64,000 bases of DNA from a bacterium (GTDB lineage Bacteria > Patescibacteriota > Patescibacteriia > Patescibacteriales > GWC2-42-12): NCBI GenBank assembly GCA_030650415.1, contig JAUSEG010000025.1, positions 11,916-75,915 of the forward strand, read 5' to 3'. The notes below the pieces were generated by a model, which was not told the origin of the DNA, searched no databases, and was given only the letters and a program-made list of their open reading frames with translations. This document shows positions 1 through 10,532 of this stretch, in pieces (the stretch's first letter is position 1; every line of letters begins with the position of its first letter). Made by a program: the position numbers and the translations under genes.

Positions 1-22
1 ATTTTTATTATAAATTTATTTT

Positions 23-1462
23 TTATTCTTTTTTCTTGCTCTTTTTCTCCTTTTTTGGCTTTTCTACCGCCGGTTCTGGTTTAACTTCGGCCGGCTTGTC
101 CGCCAAATCCGCCAGCCGGCCGGAGTCGGCGGATGCGTCTTTGATTTTCTCGGTTTCAGCTTTTTCAGCTAACGCTTCAGGCGCTACTTCAGTGGCTTTT
201 TCGATTTCAACTTTTAATTCTTTTTCCGCTTCCGCTTTGGCTTGGTTTTTTTCGCCCACAATATCAATTTTCCATTCGGTTAAACGCGCGGCTAATCGGA
301 CGTTCTGCCCTTCGCGGCCGATAGCCAAAGATAATTGATCTTCTAAAACCTTGGCCACGGCTCTTTTCTCTTCATGATTCAATCCAACGCTGATAACTTT
401 AGCCGGCGATAAAGCATAGGCGATAAATTTGGCAATATCTTCATCATATTCAATAATATCAATTTTTTCTCCGCCTAATTCCTTAATGATAGTCTGGATT
501 CTCGCTCCGCGCTGGCCGACGCAAGAACCGATCGGATCAACGTTCTCGCCGCTCGCGAACACCGCCACTTTAGAACGATTGCCGGCTTCGCGCGCCACGG
601 CTTTTATTTCCACTAAGCCGTTGGCGATTTCCGGAATTTCCAGATAGAAAACTTTTTTCAATATTTCATCCGAAGTTCTGGATAAAATAATTTCCGGACC
701 TCTGGTGGTTGTACCGACATATTTTACAAAAACTTTTATTCGATCGCCCGGATTATATCTTTCGCCCATAATCTGCTCCTCGGACGGCAGAACGCCGACC
801 GCCTTGCCTAAATCAACGAGCACGACGTTGCTTTCGCGTCTTTGGATAACTCCGGCCACGACTTCATGCTCTTTACTTTTGAATTCGCTAAAAATCATTT
901 CACGCTCGGCTTCTCTTAATTTCTGGATAATTACCTGCTTAGCGGTTTGCGCGGCCATGCGTCCGTAAGCCGCCGGAACGGTCAATTTTGTTTTAATAAC
1001 ATCGTCAACCTTAGCGCTCTTTTTAATTAATATGGCGTCCTTAATCTGCAATTCGGTTTTAGGATTAAATTTTCTTTCTTCGACGGCTTCGCCAGCAACT
1101 TCCACCGACGCGTCTTTTTTCTCTACTTTAGTTTCGCTTTTTTTAGCCTTCGCCTGCTTTTTCTTGTCGGTTTTTTCTTTGGCTTCATCAGCCGCGGTTT
1201 CGACGGTAGCGATCTTTTCCTCGGTGCCTTCCTCGGCAACGGGCAAAATCTCTTCGGGCATGTCTAAAACCACGGTTTTAACGTCATAAACTTTTGAGGC
1301 GCCGGTTTCCGGGTCAAATTCAACTTTAATATTTTGGTTTTTCTCGCCAAAATCCTTGCGGTAAGCCGCGGCCAAGGCCGACTCGATGGTTTCTAAAACC
1401 GCTTCGTAGCTTAAATTTTTTTCTTCGCAGATTTGCTTAATCGCGTTAGTGATATCAGACAT
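23..1462 (-). CDS. nusA: Transcription termination/antitermination factor NusA
   Basis: GRMAAQTAKQVIIQKLREAERE, S1 and KH motifs (AREAGNRSKVAV, GSCVGQRGARI, LAIGREGQNVRLAARLT); low-complexity acidic/Lys-rich insert and tail. Confidence 0.97.
   Translation of the reverse strand: MSDITNAIKQICEEKNLSYEAVLETIESALAAAYRKDFGEKNQNIKVEFDPETGASKVYDVKTVVLDMPEEILPVAEEGTEEKIATVETAADEAKEKTDKKKQAKAKKSETKVEKKDASVEVAGEAVEERKFNPKTELQIKDAILIKKSAKVDDVIKTKLTVPAAYGRMAAQTAKQVIIQKLREAEREMIFSEFKSKEHEVVAGVIQRRESNVVLVDLGKAVGVLPSEEQIMGERYNPGDRIKVFVKYVGTTTRGPEIILSRTSDEILKKVFYLEIPEIANGLVEIKAVAREAGNRSKVAVFASGENVDPIGSCVGQRGARIQTIIKELGGEKIDIIEYDEDIAKFIAYALSPAKVISVGLNHEEKRAVAKVLEDQLSLAIGREGQNVRLAARLTEWKIDIVGEKNQAKAEAEKELKVEIEKATEVAPEALAEKAETEKIKDASADSGRLADLADKPAEVKPEPAVEKPKKEKKSKKKE
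95..133 (+). repeat. CTTG-tagged palindromic element inserted in frame (13 codons) in the nusA 3' region
   Basis: cttg-tccgcc-aaa-tccgccagccggccgga-gtc-ggcgga; closely related inverted copy at 39075-39113. Confidence 0.75.
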
Positions 1463-1477
1463 ATGTTCTTATTTATA

Positions 1478-1507
1478 CCCCCTTTAACAAAGGGGGTTGG
1501 GGGATTT
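1478..1507 (+). repeat. CCCCCTTTAACAAAGGGGG-GGGGGATTT palindromic repeat (family C)
   Basis: Related copies at 5751-5814, 5879-5939 and 9480-9510. Confidence 0.8.
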
Positions 1508-1602
1508 AATTAAATAAAAAGGCTAGTTTGAATTTAATCAACTAGCCTTAGTATTTGTATATTAACATGTCATTAAATCGCTGTCAATCAGTTCACAGGC
1601 CT

Positions 1603-4600
1603 TTATTTTTTTAATGGATCATATCCATTAGCGACTTCAGCGCCGTCTGAATATCCATCGCCGTCGGTATCTTTCTTTTTTGGATCCGTGCCCAGTTCTT
1701 CTTCCCTGTCATCTGTCAGCAAATCTCCGTCGCTGTCCACTCCTCGGCTGGCGCCGGAATAGGTAATAGCCTGCATAGCATTCCACTCCTCGGTTGTTTT
1801 CGGTGTATGTCCATAAATGGCTTTGAAAATTTTAATACCGGCCTTTTCGGAATTTAAATTGCGGTTTTCAGCTTTTTGTCTTAAACCATAAGACATTATT
1901 TTTACCGCCGCCGAGTCTTTAGCCCCATTCATGTCCGGTTGTCTTTTGTAAATTTTTGCAAATTGATCTTTGGCCGCTTGCTCCGCGGTATTGCTGATTA
2001 CAGACGGAAATCTGCCATTGGCGATTTTAATCACATCGGCCAATTCGGCTTCGGTTTGCGGCAGTTTGTCGAAGGCGGCTTTATACGAATTTATCACCGC
2101 CGCTCTTTCGCCGGCGCTTAATTTCTGGGTGTTAGCGTCCACGCCGTAAGTAATGAAATTGTTAAGCGCGGCCTGGCTGTCCGCCGATATGCCCTGGACA
2201 TTTTTTAGCAATAAGCTTAAATATTTGATTTGAGTTTGCTGTTCTTTAATGATACTCCGAAGCTGATTTAATTCAGCCAATATTTCACTCATCTTGTCGT
2301 TAGTCAGAAGGTTGGCGTTGACGATTATTTTACTAATTTGGGTGTCTGGTGTTACTGTTGATTTAAACGAGCTGCTTGGAACTATATTTGAAGATGGAAT
2401 ATTTATTTTCGCGCTAGTATTATCAGCAAAATAAACGAGTAAATAGCCGCCGCTAAAGGTCTGACTGACCGGATAACCATAAGCGTAAAAACTCTTAGTT
2501 CCGCCACTTCCATTTATGGTCCAAAGGGGCAAGAGCGCGTCCGTTTGATGAATATAAACTTCAGCAGAGGCTGACTGCGAGGCGGTTATCGCTAAAGTAT
2601 ATAGAAACTTGCTTAGAGGATTGTTCGCCGAAGCATCGGTCGCCCAGCCTTCACCGGAAGAATTATGGACCAAGGCCATTCGCTTAATATTTTTAGCCGC
2701 CAGTCCGGAATTAGTTAAATTAATAGACCACTTCCAATCCGGAGCATGAATATAACCGCCATCACCCCATTTCGGCGCTTTATCTTCATCCGCGCTAATT
2801 AAAGCTACCGTCCCAGATACGCCGGTATTAACTTCTGAAGATGCGGTTATGGTAAAATAATTGTCGCTAGAATCTGCTGCAGCGGGCACAACCCCCGAAG
2901 AAAAATATACTTTGATGCGATATTGACCGAGCCTTGCTACAAATTCTGTCACCTCTGAACTGTTTTGAATGATCCAATTGAACGAACCATCGTTTGGTTC
3001 TCCTTGAGATAATCCTCGAATGGCAGTACCGCTTTGATCAATAAGTTCAATTCCTATAGTTGCAGTATTAATACTCGTCCCTAAATCTTTTGAACTCCAA
3101 CGAATATTCATTGTATCTCCAATTTTATATGTCTCTCCCCCGTTCGGGCTTAAAACGGTAATGGTGGGCTGGGCTACGGGTTTCGTGGCGCAGGCGCCAT
3201 CCTTGGAATAGCCGGTAGAACATGGCGTAAGAATATTTGAAACTTGACCGTCGTCAGTACAATAGCCTTCAGCAACCGATGTGCAAGAATCGCCGGAGCA
3301 GACTCCGCCATTTGAACCAACAGACACGTCATTAAAATACGAACCAATTCCATTAACTCGCCCATCGGTCAAACCGGCCACATCCGGATTCTTTCCGCCG
3401 TCGGAATCGGTGCAGGAAGGCTGGGTACAAGTCGAGAACGTAAGAATCCCTCCATTGAGATAGCGTTGAATCAATGCTAAATCGGTCGAAGTTACCGTAC
3501 CGCTGTTATTCACATCGGCACGACGTTTTTCCTCGTCTGTCAATACTCTTTTTAAAAGAATGCCTGCCTGCGTGTAGTCTAAGTCAGTCTGAGACACCCA
3601 TCCATCGTTGTCGACATCTCCGTAATTGCCGCAAGGAGGGGCTTTACGGGAGGGCGCGGTGATGGTTATTGATTTTACAAGAGAATTGTTTTGATAATTT
3701 AACTCTTGAAAATTTTGTGGTATCGGATTAACAAGAACATTTACTACATGTGTTCCTGGCCATGCTTAATTAGTGGAAGGACCAATTATTTCAATCTCTT
3801 GGCCGCTACTTATTTGATCTCCAATAGTATATGATTTTTTTACATAAACTGGCTCGGAAATTCCACCTAACCAGCCAAGATTACCCTCAAAATTCATCCC
3901 TAAGTCAAGATTGATCGTAAGTATATAATTTCCTCCTATATTTTTTACTGTTGCGTAATAGTAATTCCCGGGATTTCCTCCACTAAAATATTTAACACCT
4001 AAGTCTGTAACTATAAAGTCTGCGATAGATTGCTGGGCGGAAGAAAATACCGCGCCAAGCTGATGGTTTTGATTCATAGTTAATGTACAAATCTGCGGCG
4101 AACCACCTGTACAACCTCCGCTGTCGCCAGTACTAGTGCTCCAACTAGTGAAGACGCCTCCGCTGGCGGGCGTTGCGATTAGAGCCACGGCCGTACCTGC
4201 CGAAAAAGAGGCTCCACAGTAACCAGACTTAGTTCTGTTAATAACGTGGCAGATGATGCCGGCAGGAGAACTCACAATAGTTCCGTCCGTTCCGCTAGGA
4301 TTTAGGGCTATTGAGTAAGCAGGGATTGTACAATCAAATGTGACAGTTTCATCTACTCCATCCGAAACTGTATAAGCAGAGCCGACGCAAGAGCTTCCCC
4401 AGGTTATTTGCGTACCCGGGGCATTTGTATCAACCCAACCACAAGAGCCAGTTCCGCCACAACCGCCACCAGAATAAAGACTATTGCTGTTTTCAGTGTT
4501 CATGGTATGACATTCTTGCGCGGAAACCGAACCTTGAAAAACGCATGTTACTTTTTTCTGAACATTAGCGTAAGAATTTTTAGCAAAGAAAAAAGTGCTT

Positions 4601-4665
4601 CCAATTATTAAAGCAAACGATAAAAATAGTATTTTTTTACTCATTTTTTTAATTATTTTAGGCAT
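1603..4665 (-). pseudogene. Modular secreted/surface protein of about 1020 codons, split by one in-frame TAA at 3766-3768. Contains signal peptide, Cys-rich module, InlB B-repeat-like, CARDB-like, dockerin-like, SPNGGE Ig-like module, conserved C-terminal domain and TSP3-like Ca-binding repeats
   Basis: ORFs 3766..4665 and 1603..3597 share a frame. The interval after the TAA is open (AWPGTHVVNVLVNPIPQNFQELNYQNNSLVKSITI...PCGNYGDVDNDGWVSQTD), completing the CARDB-like fold and the first dockerin loop. Confidence 0.8.
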
Positions 4666-4829
4666 TTAAATTTAAGCACCTAAAAAAAGTTAGATTTATA
4701 AAAATATATAAAAAAAACTTATTTTTCTAAAAATTTTCTATGTTCAACTACCTTTATAATATCACCCCCCCCTATCGTCAACCGGTCAATATTATTTTAA
4801 CCTATACATTCCCCACTTTTTCCATCCGT

Positions 4830-5699
4830 TTATAATAATTTCCTTTTCTCCAAATTTTTTAAAAAATTACCGCCGGTAATTACTTTCTTCCCCGTTTTTC
4901 TTTCCAAGTCAATTCTCGCCACCTTCGCCACTCCGCCGCCTCTTTTTCCGGCAAGCTTATTTTCGCTCAGACCTTTGGCTTCTATGGTTTCCGCTATCTG
5001 CCTGGTGGACAGCTCGGCCAAGGCGGTAAAAATCAATTCCGCTTCGCTCATATGATCGCGTAAATTTTGCGTTTTCAATCCTTTCAATTTTTTATGCTCT
5101 TTAACGGTTACTTCCGACCATTCCTCGTGAATAATATTAGTCAGAATGGCAAATTCAGCTTTTTCTTTGATGCCGTTGCCGCTCCAATAATCAGTCAGCT
5201 TATTTCTTGTTTCCTGCCCCATCATCCGTTGCTGGATCCACTTTTCACTGCGGCCGTGCTTTTGCCAATTTTCCCGAGCGCGATTAAGAGATTTTTCCGG
5301 ATCAATCAGCTCCTGAATTCTTTCATAGCCTGCTTTAGCCAGCCAGAGCTTTATCGGTTCGGCTTTTGGACTGGGCACGGATTGAATTAATCGAAAAATA
5401 GTTTCGGGATTTGCTGCATCGGTTTCCCTCATTTTTCCATCTTCCGCAATCATTTTCAACTGGTTACATTTTGTAACCACTTCGCTTCCTTCCGCTTTCA
5501 AGCGATTTTTAAGCACTTTCCAGTAATTTCTGGCAACTTGATAATCCGGTTGATCAATTAAAGCCCGAACAATATCAATAACGGAAAAATACCAAACCTC
5601 CGTCTTTTCATCATACTGACGGCGGATTTTAAAATTTTCAAAAATTGCGATTTTATTGTCCATAGAACTCATTTTATCAAGCGGATTAGCTATTTCCAT
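4830..5699 (-). CDS. Bro-N domain DNA-binding protein
   Basis: [20 protein letters not shown]...[10 protein letters not shown]...[17 protein letters not shown]...[19 protein letters not shown]; start moved to the ATG just after a TATAAT. Confidence 0.85.
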   Translation of the reverse strand: MEIANPLDKMSSMDNKIAIFENFKIRRQYDEKTEVWYFSVIDIVRALIDQPDYQVARNYWKVLKNRLKAEGSEVVTKCNQLKMIAEDGKMRETDAANPETIFRLIQSVPSPKAEPIKLWLAKAGYERIQELIDPEKSLNRARENWQKHGRSEKWIQQRMMGQETRNKLTDYWSGNGIKEKAEFAILTNIIHEEWSEVTVKEHKKLKGLKTQNLRDHMSEAELIFTALAELSTRQIAETIEAKGLSENKLAGKRGGGVAKVARIDLERKTGKKVITGGNFLKNLEKRKLL

Positions 5700-5750
5700 A
5701 ATGCTATTATACAAAAATCAGCAGGATAATACAACTTATTCTAAACAACG

Positions 5751-5814
5751 CCCCTTTAACAAAGGGGTGAAGCCTGCCCGCAACGCTTCGCTTGCGAGGC
5801 GGGCGGGGGAATTT
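5751..5814 (+). repeat. Family C palindrome with a nested CCTG-tagged element (from 5773)
   Basis: cccctttaacaaagggg...[cctgcccgcaacgcttcgcttgcgaggcggg]cgggggaattt. Confidence 0.7.
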
Positions 5815-5878
5815 TTCACCTAGAAGCTACAAATAAAAAACAACCCAATAAATGAGTTGTTTTTTATGAATTTATTTG

Positions 5879-5939
5879 CCCCCTTGCTTGTCCTCCAAAG
5901 CTTTAGCGTCGGCGGGACAGGGGGGGGCTAAGGGGGATT
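5879..5939 (+). repeat. Family C palindrome with a nested CTTG-tagged element (5887-5917)
   Basis: cccccttg[cttgtcctccaaagctttagcgtcggcggga]caggggggggctaagggggatt. Confidence 0.7.
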
Positions 5940-5951
5940 ATTCCATTTTTA

Positions 5952-8297
5952 TTATCTGGTCGCGCCCGAATAAGTAATCGCCTGCATAGTATTCCAATCT
6001 TCGGTGGTTTTAGGCACGCTGCCAAAAATATTCTTAAATATTTTTATGCCGGCTTTTTCACTGTTTAAATTCCGGTTTTCCGCTTTCTGCCTTAAACCGT
6101 AAGCCATAACTTTAATGGCCGCGTTATCGTTGGCGTCATTCAAATCAACCGCTCTTTTATATATTTTGACGAACTGCTCTTTAGCGGCTTTTTCCGCCTC
6201 TAAGCTTGTTACCAAAGGGAACCGGCCGTTGGCGATTTTAATGGCATCGGCCAATTCGGCTTCAGTTTCCGGCAGTTTATCAAAAGCGGCTTTATATGAA
6301 TTTATAACCGCCGCTCTTTCACCGGCGCCCAGCTTCTCGGTGTTCGCGTCTACGCCATAAGTTATAAAATTATTAATCGCGTCCTGGCTTTTTTCTGATA
6401 AATTTTTAACATCTTTTACCAGCGAAGTTAAATATTTAATTTCAGTTTGCTGTTCCTTAATAATACTGCGAAGCTGATTTAATTCAGCCAGAATGAAATC
6501 AAAATTATTGTAAGATAACAATTTTGACTTTTCATTTATGTCTAAAATTTGTTCACTTGGAGACTGAGAAATAGTCGATATCGTTGGCGTAGGCGTGGTT
6601 GTAGCTGAAGCCGCGCAATCAAAGATGGCGTAATCGCTTGATCCATCCATAACCGAATAGGCGTAGCCGCCGCAAGAACTTTTCCAAGTTATTTTATCGC
6701 CATTTATGCCTTTCATATCAATAACGCAAGCTTCTATTCCACTGCAGCCATAACCGGCATAAGAGCTGGAGTCATCGGTGGCAGTGTAGCATTTTTGCTC
6801 GGAAGTAGCGCCTTTGAAAACACATTTTACTTGTTCTTCAACAGCAACGGAAGGGGCAGTGATGGTGAAGTAGAAGTCGCTTGAATCACAACGATCAGAA
6901 CCAGAAACACAAACTTGAATAGTGTATAAGCCATCAGAAACTAACGATAATAAATCATCAGCTAAAATTATACTGCCAACCGACCAATCATATGATGAAC
7001 CGTATATGCCTTTAGCAACTATATATGGTGCATTTGATGGATATGCTGGGCATGGGCTTCCTGCCACACAAGGCGGATAGTATGGAGCAAGTTTAATGTC
7101 ATAAAACTTTGCAACTGGAATACTTAATGCACAGTATGCGCCTGTCGGGCATGGCGGAACTACGCTGTTATCCTGCCACCTGATTGTCTGTATTGTTCCC
7201 TTTGCCCAACTTTCTCCCCCGTTCGGACTTAAAACGGTGATGGAGGGTTGAGTGGTATTGCCAATTGTAATCGAAAATAAATATGAGTCACTACCGCCGA
7301 CACAATCAGATACCTTAACTTTCACTTGATATGCTCCCGCTTTCGCCCACGCATGATTCTCACTTAAATTCCAGCCCGTGCCAGTTTGTCTACGAACCGA
7401 GCTACATGAACTAACTTGCCCAATGCCCTCGCCCCAATCCACTGACCATGACAAATCATCGTTATCCGGATCTGTCGCCGATAAGGAGATGTTTACTGTT
7501 TGTCCTGGTTGAATGTTCGTCGGGATTGCAGGAAAACCAACAATTTTTGGTAAACCATTATTTGAACTGTCAGAAACTATTTTAAAGTATGAATCGCTTG
7601 AATCCATAACCAAGGTTTCGCCAACATAGGTTTTAATTTCAAGCGTATAATCACCCATTGGAATGTTTGCGGAAACAATAACTTCTTGCCCATCATTTAG
7701 GACATTTGTAGCCAAGTTGTATTCCCGACCATTCGGATAAGCCCGAAGCCGAATAATATTAATGGCATGAGACGATGGTACATTTTTTGTCTGCCAATTT
7801 ACGATAATTGGACTGCCATCATTCTTGTATGTCTCTCCGCCGTTAGGCGAAAGGATGGTGACGGAAGGTTGATCAACATCAATAATTTTAAAATATGAAT
7901 CGCTTGAATCCATAACCAGAGTTTCGCCAACATATGTTTTGATTTCAAGAGTATAGGCGCCAACTGGCACAGAAAATGGTATTGGTATAACTTCTTGACC
8001 GTCATTCAATACATTCATGGCCAAATTATATTCCTGACCGCTTGGATAAACCCGAAGCCTAATAATATCAATTGCATGAGATGCCGGAACATTGTTCGTC
8101 TGCCACTTTACGGTAATTGGACTACCATCGTTTTTGTATGTCTCGCCGCCGTTCGGCGAAAGAATAGTGACGGAGGGTTGAGTGGCAGAGGTTACGGCCG
8201 CGCCAGAAGCGTCAACTGCCAAACCAAATCTGACTCCGGCGAAAAAGCTAACGCCGATTATCAAAGCTACGAATAAAAACAATATTTTCTTGCTCAT
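5952..8297 (-). CDS. Modular secreted/surface protein: three SPNGGE Ig-like modules, PKD-like domain, Cys-rich module and conserved C-terminal domain; paralog of 1603..4665
   Basis: N-terminal signal peptide; PSVTILSPNGGETY repeats; WSVDWGEG...HAWAKAGAYQVKV PKD-like motif; C-terminal ~180 aa closely similar to the paralog. Confidence 0.8.
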   Translation of the reverse strand: MSKKILFLFVALIIGVSFFAGVRFGLAVDASGAAVTSATQPSVTILSPNGGETYKNDGSPITVKWQTNNVPASHAIDIIRLRVYPSGQEYNLAMNVLNDGQEVIPIPFSVPVGAYTLEIKTYVGETLVMDSSDSYFKIIDVDQPSVTILSPNGGETYKNDGSPIIVNWQTKNVPSSHAINIIRLRAYPNGREYNLATNVLNDGQEVIVSANIPMGDYTLEIKTYVGETLVMDSSDSYFKIVSDSSNNGLPKIVGFPAIPTNIQPGQTVNISLSATDPDNDDLSWSVDWGEGIGQVSSCSSVRRQTGTGWNLSENHAWAKAGAYQVKVKVSDCVGGSDSYLFSITIGNTTQPSITVLSPNGGESWAKGTIQTIRWQDNSVVPPCPTGAYCALSIPVAKFYDIKLAPYYPPCVAGSPCPAYPSNAPYIVAKGIYGSSYDWSVGSIILADDLLSLVSDGLYTIQVCVSGSDRCDSSDFYFTITAPSVAVEEQVKCVFKGATSEQKCYTATDDSSSYAGYGCSGIEACVIDMKGINGDKITWKSSCGGYAYSVMDGSSDYAIFDCAASATTTPTPTISTISQSPSEQILDINEKSKLLSYNNFDFILAELNQLRSIIKEQQTEIKYLTSLVKDVKNLSEKSQDAINNFITYGVDANTEKLGAGERAAVINSYKAAFDKLPETEAELADAIKIANGRFPLVTSLEAEKAAKEQFVKIYKRAVDLNDANDNAAIKVMAYGLRQKAENRNLNSEKAGIKIFKNIFGSVPKTTEDWNTMQAITYSGATR
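7578..8180 (-). repeat. Intragenic tandem duplication, ~309-bp (103-aa) unit
   Basis: Two copies of QPSVTILSPNGGETYKNDGSPI...YTLEIKTYVGETLVMDSSDSYFKI, similar at DNA level. Confidence 0.9.
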
Positions 8298-8566
8298 TTT
8301 TTTGATTCTTTTGGCTATTTAAATCTAACCAGCCAAAAACTGTTAAATTTATTAAAAATATATAAAAAACTTATTTTTAAAATTTCTCTACCAATACTAT
8401 TTGACGGCTAGCGTTAACTTCTCTTACCAATTAACTAATATTACCACAATTTTTAACACTCGTCAATCCCCCTCCCCCTAAAATATTAGCTAAAATTAAA
8501 TAAAAAAAACGTCATTTAAAAAACGCTTCTGAAAATTAAAGATGATTATTAGATTTTTTCGGCTTT

Positions 8567-9178
8567 TCAGTCTAAAGAAAATTCTGTCAGCTTGGTTTTA
8601 ATTACTTTATCGGCAACCTCAAAACCGGGAAGAAATTCAACGCTTTCCTGATAATTTATGCCCTCAAAATATGCTAGCTGGCTTCTAAAAAGTTTTTCAT
8701 TAAACTCGCTTTTGAAAATTTCCAGGCCTTTGGCCGAAATTTGTCGGATATTAAAATGATCTTTAATGATAAAATACAAGTCAACATAATCTTTCCATTT
8801 GGCCCGCTGTCCTAAAGCATAGGCCTTCATGGCCGCCAGTGTAATGAGATTAGGCATTTTTATTTGATAACCGAAGCTTTCAGAATATTTAATTTCGTAT
8901 GGATAACGGAAAAAGGTTATTTTCACGCCTTTAATGATAAAGGTCAGCTCATCCAATTTATTGACAATTATTTTATCCGGCGGACTGAAAGCGGAAATTT
9001 TATTGAGCAAGCCCTGGTTACCGAACCTTTTTATGGAAAAAAGGTCAAAATCTATTGATCGGCGATGGCCCAGATGAAGAGCGATGGCCGTGCCGCCGAC
9101 CAAGCCGAAGTTTCGGGAAAACTTCGCGATCAGCGGCAATAATATATCCTGTTCATTAGTAAAAATTTCCTTATGCAT
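8567..9178 (-). CDS. AbiEii/AbiGii-family nucleotidyltransferase toxin
   Basis: LVGGTAIALHLGHRRSIDFDLF, AAMKAYAL, KDYVDLY. Confidence 0.9.
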   Translation of the reverse strand: MHKEIFTNEQDILLPLIAKFSRNFGLVGGTAIALHLGHRRSIDFDLFSIKRFGNQGLLNKISAFSPPDKIIVNKLDELTFIIKGVKITFFRYPYEIKYSESFGYQIKMPNLITLAAMKAYALGQRAKWKDYVDLYFIIKDHFNIRQISAKGLEIFKSEFNEKLFRSQLAYFEGINYQESVEFLPGFEVADKVIKTKLTEFSLD

Positions 9179-9434
9179 ACTTATTGAAATATAATTGAAA
9201 GTAATTTTTTATTTCCGGACGATAATTCTGCCGGCCGAATTTATCAGGCCTAGATTTTTCCTGAAAAATTTTCGCGGTCTTTTTTAGACCCAAAATTTTA
9301 ATCATTTCCTGCACATCATCCCAGTCGCCATAATTTAAAACATGCTCGACGATTGAGGCTTCGGAAAGCTTATCCAAATTTTTAACATACCAGATTAAAT
9401 ATGGTCTTTCCTTTATAAATTGATGAATAGTCAT
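9171..9434 (-). CDS. Small DUF6922-like partner (putative antitoxin) of the AbiEii-like toxin
   Basis: LIWYV...SIVEHVLNYGDWDDVQ motif; overlaps the toxin start. Confidence 0.7.
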   Translation of the reverse strand: MTIHQFIKERPYLIWYVKNLDKLSEASIVEHVLNYGDWDDVQEMIKILGLKKTAKIFQEKSRPDKFGRQNYRPEIKNYFQLYFNKYA

Positions 9435-9479
9435 AGAATAATTATAGCACAAATTCATGATTAAAACAACCGCATTATA

Positions 9480-9510
9480 CCCCCTTTAACAAAGGGGGCT
9501 TGGGGGATTT
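9480..9510 (+). repeat. Family C palindromic repeat
   Basis: ccccctttaacaaagggggcttgggggattt. Confidence 0.8.
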
Positions 9511-9538
9511 AGGGCTAATTACAAATGGAAATTATCCC

Positions 9539-9811
9539 TTACTTCTTCCCGGCCCAATATTTATCCGCTTCATCCTCCATCTTGGTCAGCCGGGTATAAT
9601 AATCGCCGAACTCATTTAGATGAGCCCAGGCGATTTTTCCGGTCATGGCCAAATCGTCGTTGGTTACGTTGGTTCTGGAGTCAACCAAACCATGCTCCAA
9701 TTCCACATGCAAGCCTTGCGCGAACTCTTCAATCTTAGTTTCCTCCCAATTAATGCCGATTTCATCCCCGATTTTTTTCGCTTCTTCAATTGTAAAAAAT
9801 TTTTTTGACAT
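9539..9811 (-). CDS. DUF5661-like small protein
   Basis: GLHVELEHG...TNVTNDD...GKIAWAHLNEFGDYYTRL. Confidence 0.8.
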   Translation of the reverse strand: MSKKFFTIEEAKKIGDEIGINWEETKIEEFAQGLHVELEHGLVDSRTNVTNDDLAMTGKIAWAHLNEFGDYYTRLTKMEDEADKYWAGKK

Positions 9812-9818
9812 ACTTTTA

Positions 9819-10466
9819 TTAGTTTAATCCTTTAATTAAATTATTATTATATTCATCGATGCCGCTTCGACCACTGAATTTTATGGCCAAGGCATAATCT
9901 TTAACTCTATTTAAACTATTGGCTTGCGTCTCGGTCAAAGGTTTTACAAACTTTTTATACAAGGTTCTTATTAAATAATCCAGTTCAGATTCATTAAGCT
10001 TTAAGTCGGTATAATTATCAAGTGTGTTTTGATTTTCTATACTAATTGTAGTATTTGTTATACCTTCGGCGTTATCCTTTTCCGGATCTCTTTGAATTTC
10101 AACATACCCGCCAACGTCGGTCTGGCCAGGGGTAATCGGCGCGAAATGTCCGACTTTTTCTTCAGTTTGAAAAATCATTATTTTTTTATCATTACCATTA
10201 TTAAATACCGCTTTAAATCTTCCAGCATTAAATATTTTTGGACTATCCGGCAATCTTTTCTTACTCTGTTCTATACCATCGGTTGTATGTTCAACCGATG
10301 TAATTTCACTATTATATAATTCATCAATATAGATTTTTACTTCCGGCCTGATTTTTGATAAATCGACAGTAGCCAGAGAGGCATTATTTTCAGTCTTTAA
10401 ATTGACGCAACCGGCTAATAAAAATATCATTACCAGCGCCGGCGCGAAAAACAGCATTTTTTTCAT
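9819..10466 (-). CDS. Hypothetical lipoprotein
   Basis: Lipobox LLAGC after a hydrophobic signal. Confidence 0.7.
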   Translation of the reverse strand: MKKMLFFAPALVMIFLLAGCVNLKTENNASLATVDLSKIRPEVKIYIDELYNSEITSVEHTTDGIEQSKKRLPDSPKIFNAGRFKAVFNNGNDKKIMIFQTEEKVGHFAPITPGQTDVGGYVEIQRDPEKDNAEGITNTTISIENQNTLDNYTDLKLNESELDYLIRTLYKKFVKPLTETQANSLNRVKDYALAIKFSGRSGIDEYNNNLIKGLN

Positions 10467-10532
10467 AGTTTTTTATTAAAAATTATATTAGGCTTTATTC
10501 ATAATTCATGATTCATAATTCTTAATTCAAAT

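Noticed and set aside
3766..3768. Alternative genetic code or stop-codon recoding
   Set aside because: TAA, TAG and TGA all end conserved genes at expected positions (recA TAA, comM TAG, smc TGA), and Trp and Gly use normal codons. Isolated in-frame stops are better explained by mutation or error.
4830..5714. Prophage suggested by the Bro-N gene
   Set aside because: No integrase, terminase, capsid or other phage genes nearby.
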